Below, one piece after another: positions 62,901 to 64,000 of a DNA stretch of 64,000 bases. A program made the position numbers and the translations under genes. Positions within the stretch are counted from its first letter, which is position 1, and every line of letters begins with the position of its first letter. Source of the DNA: Phoronis australis (Eukaryota; Animalia; Phoronida); the NCBI GenBank assembly GCA_002633005.1, contig NMRA01000121.1:794897-858896 (forward strand). Reading direction: 5' to 3'. The notes below the pieces were generated by a model that saw nothing but the letters and a program-made list of their open reading frames with translations, made no database searches and was not told where the DNA came from.

Positions 62901-63837
62901 TCAGCGCAGGGTTCACTTGAAGGTCGCACAATTTCCAGTCAATAAAAAACCTTGGGCTGACAATTTCTCAAAGAAGCCGTTTGAAATTTGCCTCAAGTAA
63001 AGAAACAAATATTACCTGCAGTTGAATTTATAATCGTCATGGGCCCCGGAATGGTATATTTGACAGGCTTGGCGCTTACTGACTGAGTCCGCTTCCACTC
63101 TTCCGCGCACCATGGAGTGTTGTTTGCGTGAGCTAGTACGCCTCGAATTGTTGGTACGTATGAGTAACAGGCACCGTTTCGGTATACTTTGTACGTGGGT
63201 TTTGTAAAGTCAAAGTTTTTGAGTTGTCTGCTGCAAAACAATACGTAAAACAGTGAATGTTGGAAACTGCCAGTAACGGGCCGATCTTTCTGTGAACATC
63301 ATAATTGGCCTTACTGTACATGTAGGTCTACACACGACTCATTTTTGGGTTAGGGAAACTTCAAAATCCAGACGAACCAAATCGTTAACAGGGAAAAAGA
63401 TACCTGAGGCTACCTAAACTTGATCCCTCCCACGACGGATGTCATCTCCTTGGAACGTATTACGGATGGCTGTTCAAGATGGTTGTCAGGCCTATGGAAA
63501 GCCAACATTTCCTTTTTTTAAGTCATTTTAGTCAATTTCGCATACTTTGCTCACTATAAAAGGTATTTTAGTAGATTTTTACAAAAATGAAACCCTGCAA
63601 GTATGACGTAGTGCGCTCCCAAAATGTCAACCGGTCAGAGTAAGTGGTGTTCTCTCGGAAATGAAAATCTCTGTGACTGCAACGTAGTTCGCTCCTCAGT
63701 ATAAAATGCAAATACTTACCAGAAATGATAGATGTAGTTCTCCCTCGCCATTTCACCGTCGGTGACGACATCAATACCAATATTTGCCTGTGTCTTTAGG
63801 CAGTCGCTCATCGCACGTTCCACCAGTGCGTTTGTTT
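56736..63837 (-). CDS. Cobalamin-independent methionine synthase-like protein (MetE C-terminal catalytic domain); multi-exon, 5' end outside window
   Basis: Exons 63837-63720, 63230-63016, 59715-59537, 58441-58382, 57863-57782 and 56998-56736 are all GT-AG and in frame. Motifs: GIDVVTDGE, VKYTIPGPMT, GCQHIQIDEP, IHLCCGY (H-x-C), SLE, APDCGLG. Confidence 0.93.
57782..57863 (-). CDS. MetE-like exon (DQEDYQKADKNAYLDLSNKLDNAGFDA)
   Basis: Acceptor CTCTAG, donor GTGAGT. Confidence 0.88.
58382..58441 (-). CDS. MetE-like exon with zinc-binding H-x-C (GVDSHVTKTIHLCCGYPTYL)
   Basis: Acceptor CCTAG, donor GTAAGA; 60 bp, phase 0-0. Confidence 0.9.
58882..59037. mobile_element. hAT-type MITE (156 bp)
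   Basis: TIR CAGTGCTGTAGTGG / CCACTGCAGCACTG with perfect 8-bp TSD GTTGGGTT. Confidence 0.88.
59537..59715 (-). CDS. MetE-like exon (DFYHNDKEL...AGCQHIQIDEP...AKCFE); not in the ORF track
   Basis: Acceptor CTCCAG, donor GTACAG. Confidence 0.92.
61221..62010 (+). pseudogene. 5' part of a THAP-domain transposase (frameshifted, truncated)
   Basis: THAP motif MPHCCCVPG...LHRFP...W...RVCGKHF...VIPSV (second zinc Cys replaced by Tyr), continuing in another frame as KFIVDFSKVLKLF...WECVAGHSGKWDS. Confidence 0.82.
62008..62307 (-). pseudogene. 5' part of a Cys-rich accessory protein resembling the P2X7 C-terminal (ballast)/nanor domain
   Basis: FEPEY...RRGDTSWCKLCTVCVVMPTSMECLCCSE matches the recalled W-C-x-C-x2-C-x2-MP-x3-E-C-x-CC motif; truncated at the junction with the transposase fragment. 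Confidence 0.75.
63016..63230 (-). CDS. MetE-like exon (RQLKNFDF...KPVKYTIPGPMTIINSTA)
   Basis: Acceptor TTGCAG, donor GTAATA; phases match both neighbours. Confidence 0.92.
63720..63837 (-). CDS. MetE-like exon (TNALVERAMSDCLKTQANIGIDVVTDGEMARENYIYHF)
   Basis: Acceptor GTGCAG, donor GTAAGT. Confidence 0.9.
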
Positions 63838-64000
63838 CTGCACACAAAGGAATAGTATACGAATTTACCAGTTATACAATGAAATCGGAAATATGTAATG
63901 ACGAGATAGCTGTATTTCAATTTGTTAGCAGCATTTACACTGGCTGCACTTGATTGACTTCGCCGGTTTCGCGGGGTCAATCAGCGAAGACGTCTGATTC

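Noticed and set aside
56736-63837. Bacterial contamination as the source of the MetE-like gene
   Set aside because: The gene has five canonical spliceosomal introns containing eukaryotic transposons and is contiguous with animal genes.

Overview
This is animal (invertebrate, probably marine) genomic DNA from a draft, heterozygous assembly, not prokaryotic sequence. It holds three host genes. (1) An hnRNP Q/R (SYNCRIP-like) gene on the minus strand; eight coding exons were traced by hand from 26757 down to 1965, and the 3' end lies outside the window. (2) A two-coding-exon gene of unknown function on the plus strand (about 47861-54549). (3) An intron-containing, single-domain cobalamin-independent methionine synthase-like (MetE C-terminal 'core') gene on the minus strand (56736-63837, 5' end outside the window). 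Most of the rest is nested transposons: a decayed ~13.6-kb DNA transposon with long inverted ends filling one SYNCRIP intron, three TTAA-flanked Kolobok-type elements (one with THAP transposase and convergent P2X7-C-terminus-like ORF remnants), Helentron-like hairpin elements, a Gypsy gag remnant with its primer-binding site, candidate solo LTRs, many MITEs and minisatellites. Two long tandem duplications joined at a single N look like uncollapsed haplotypes. All family assignments come from motif recognition and recall; no database search was run.
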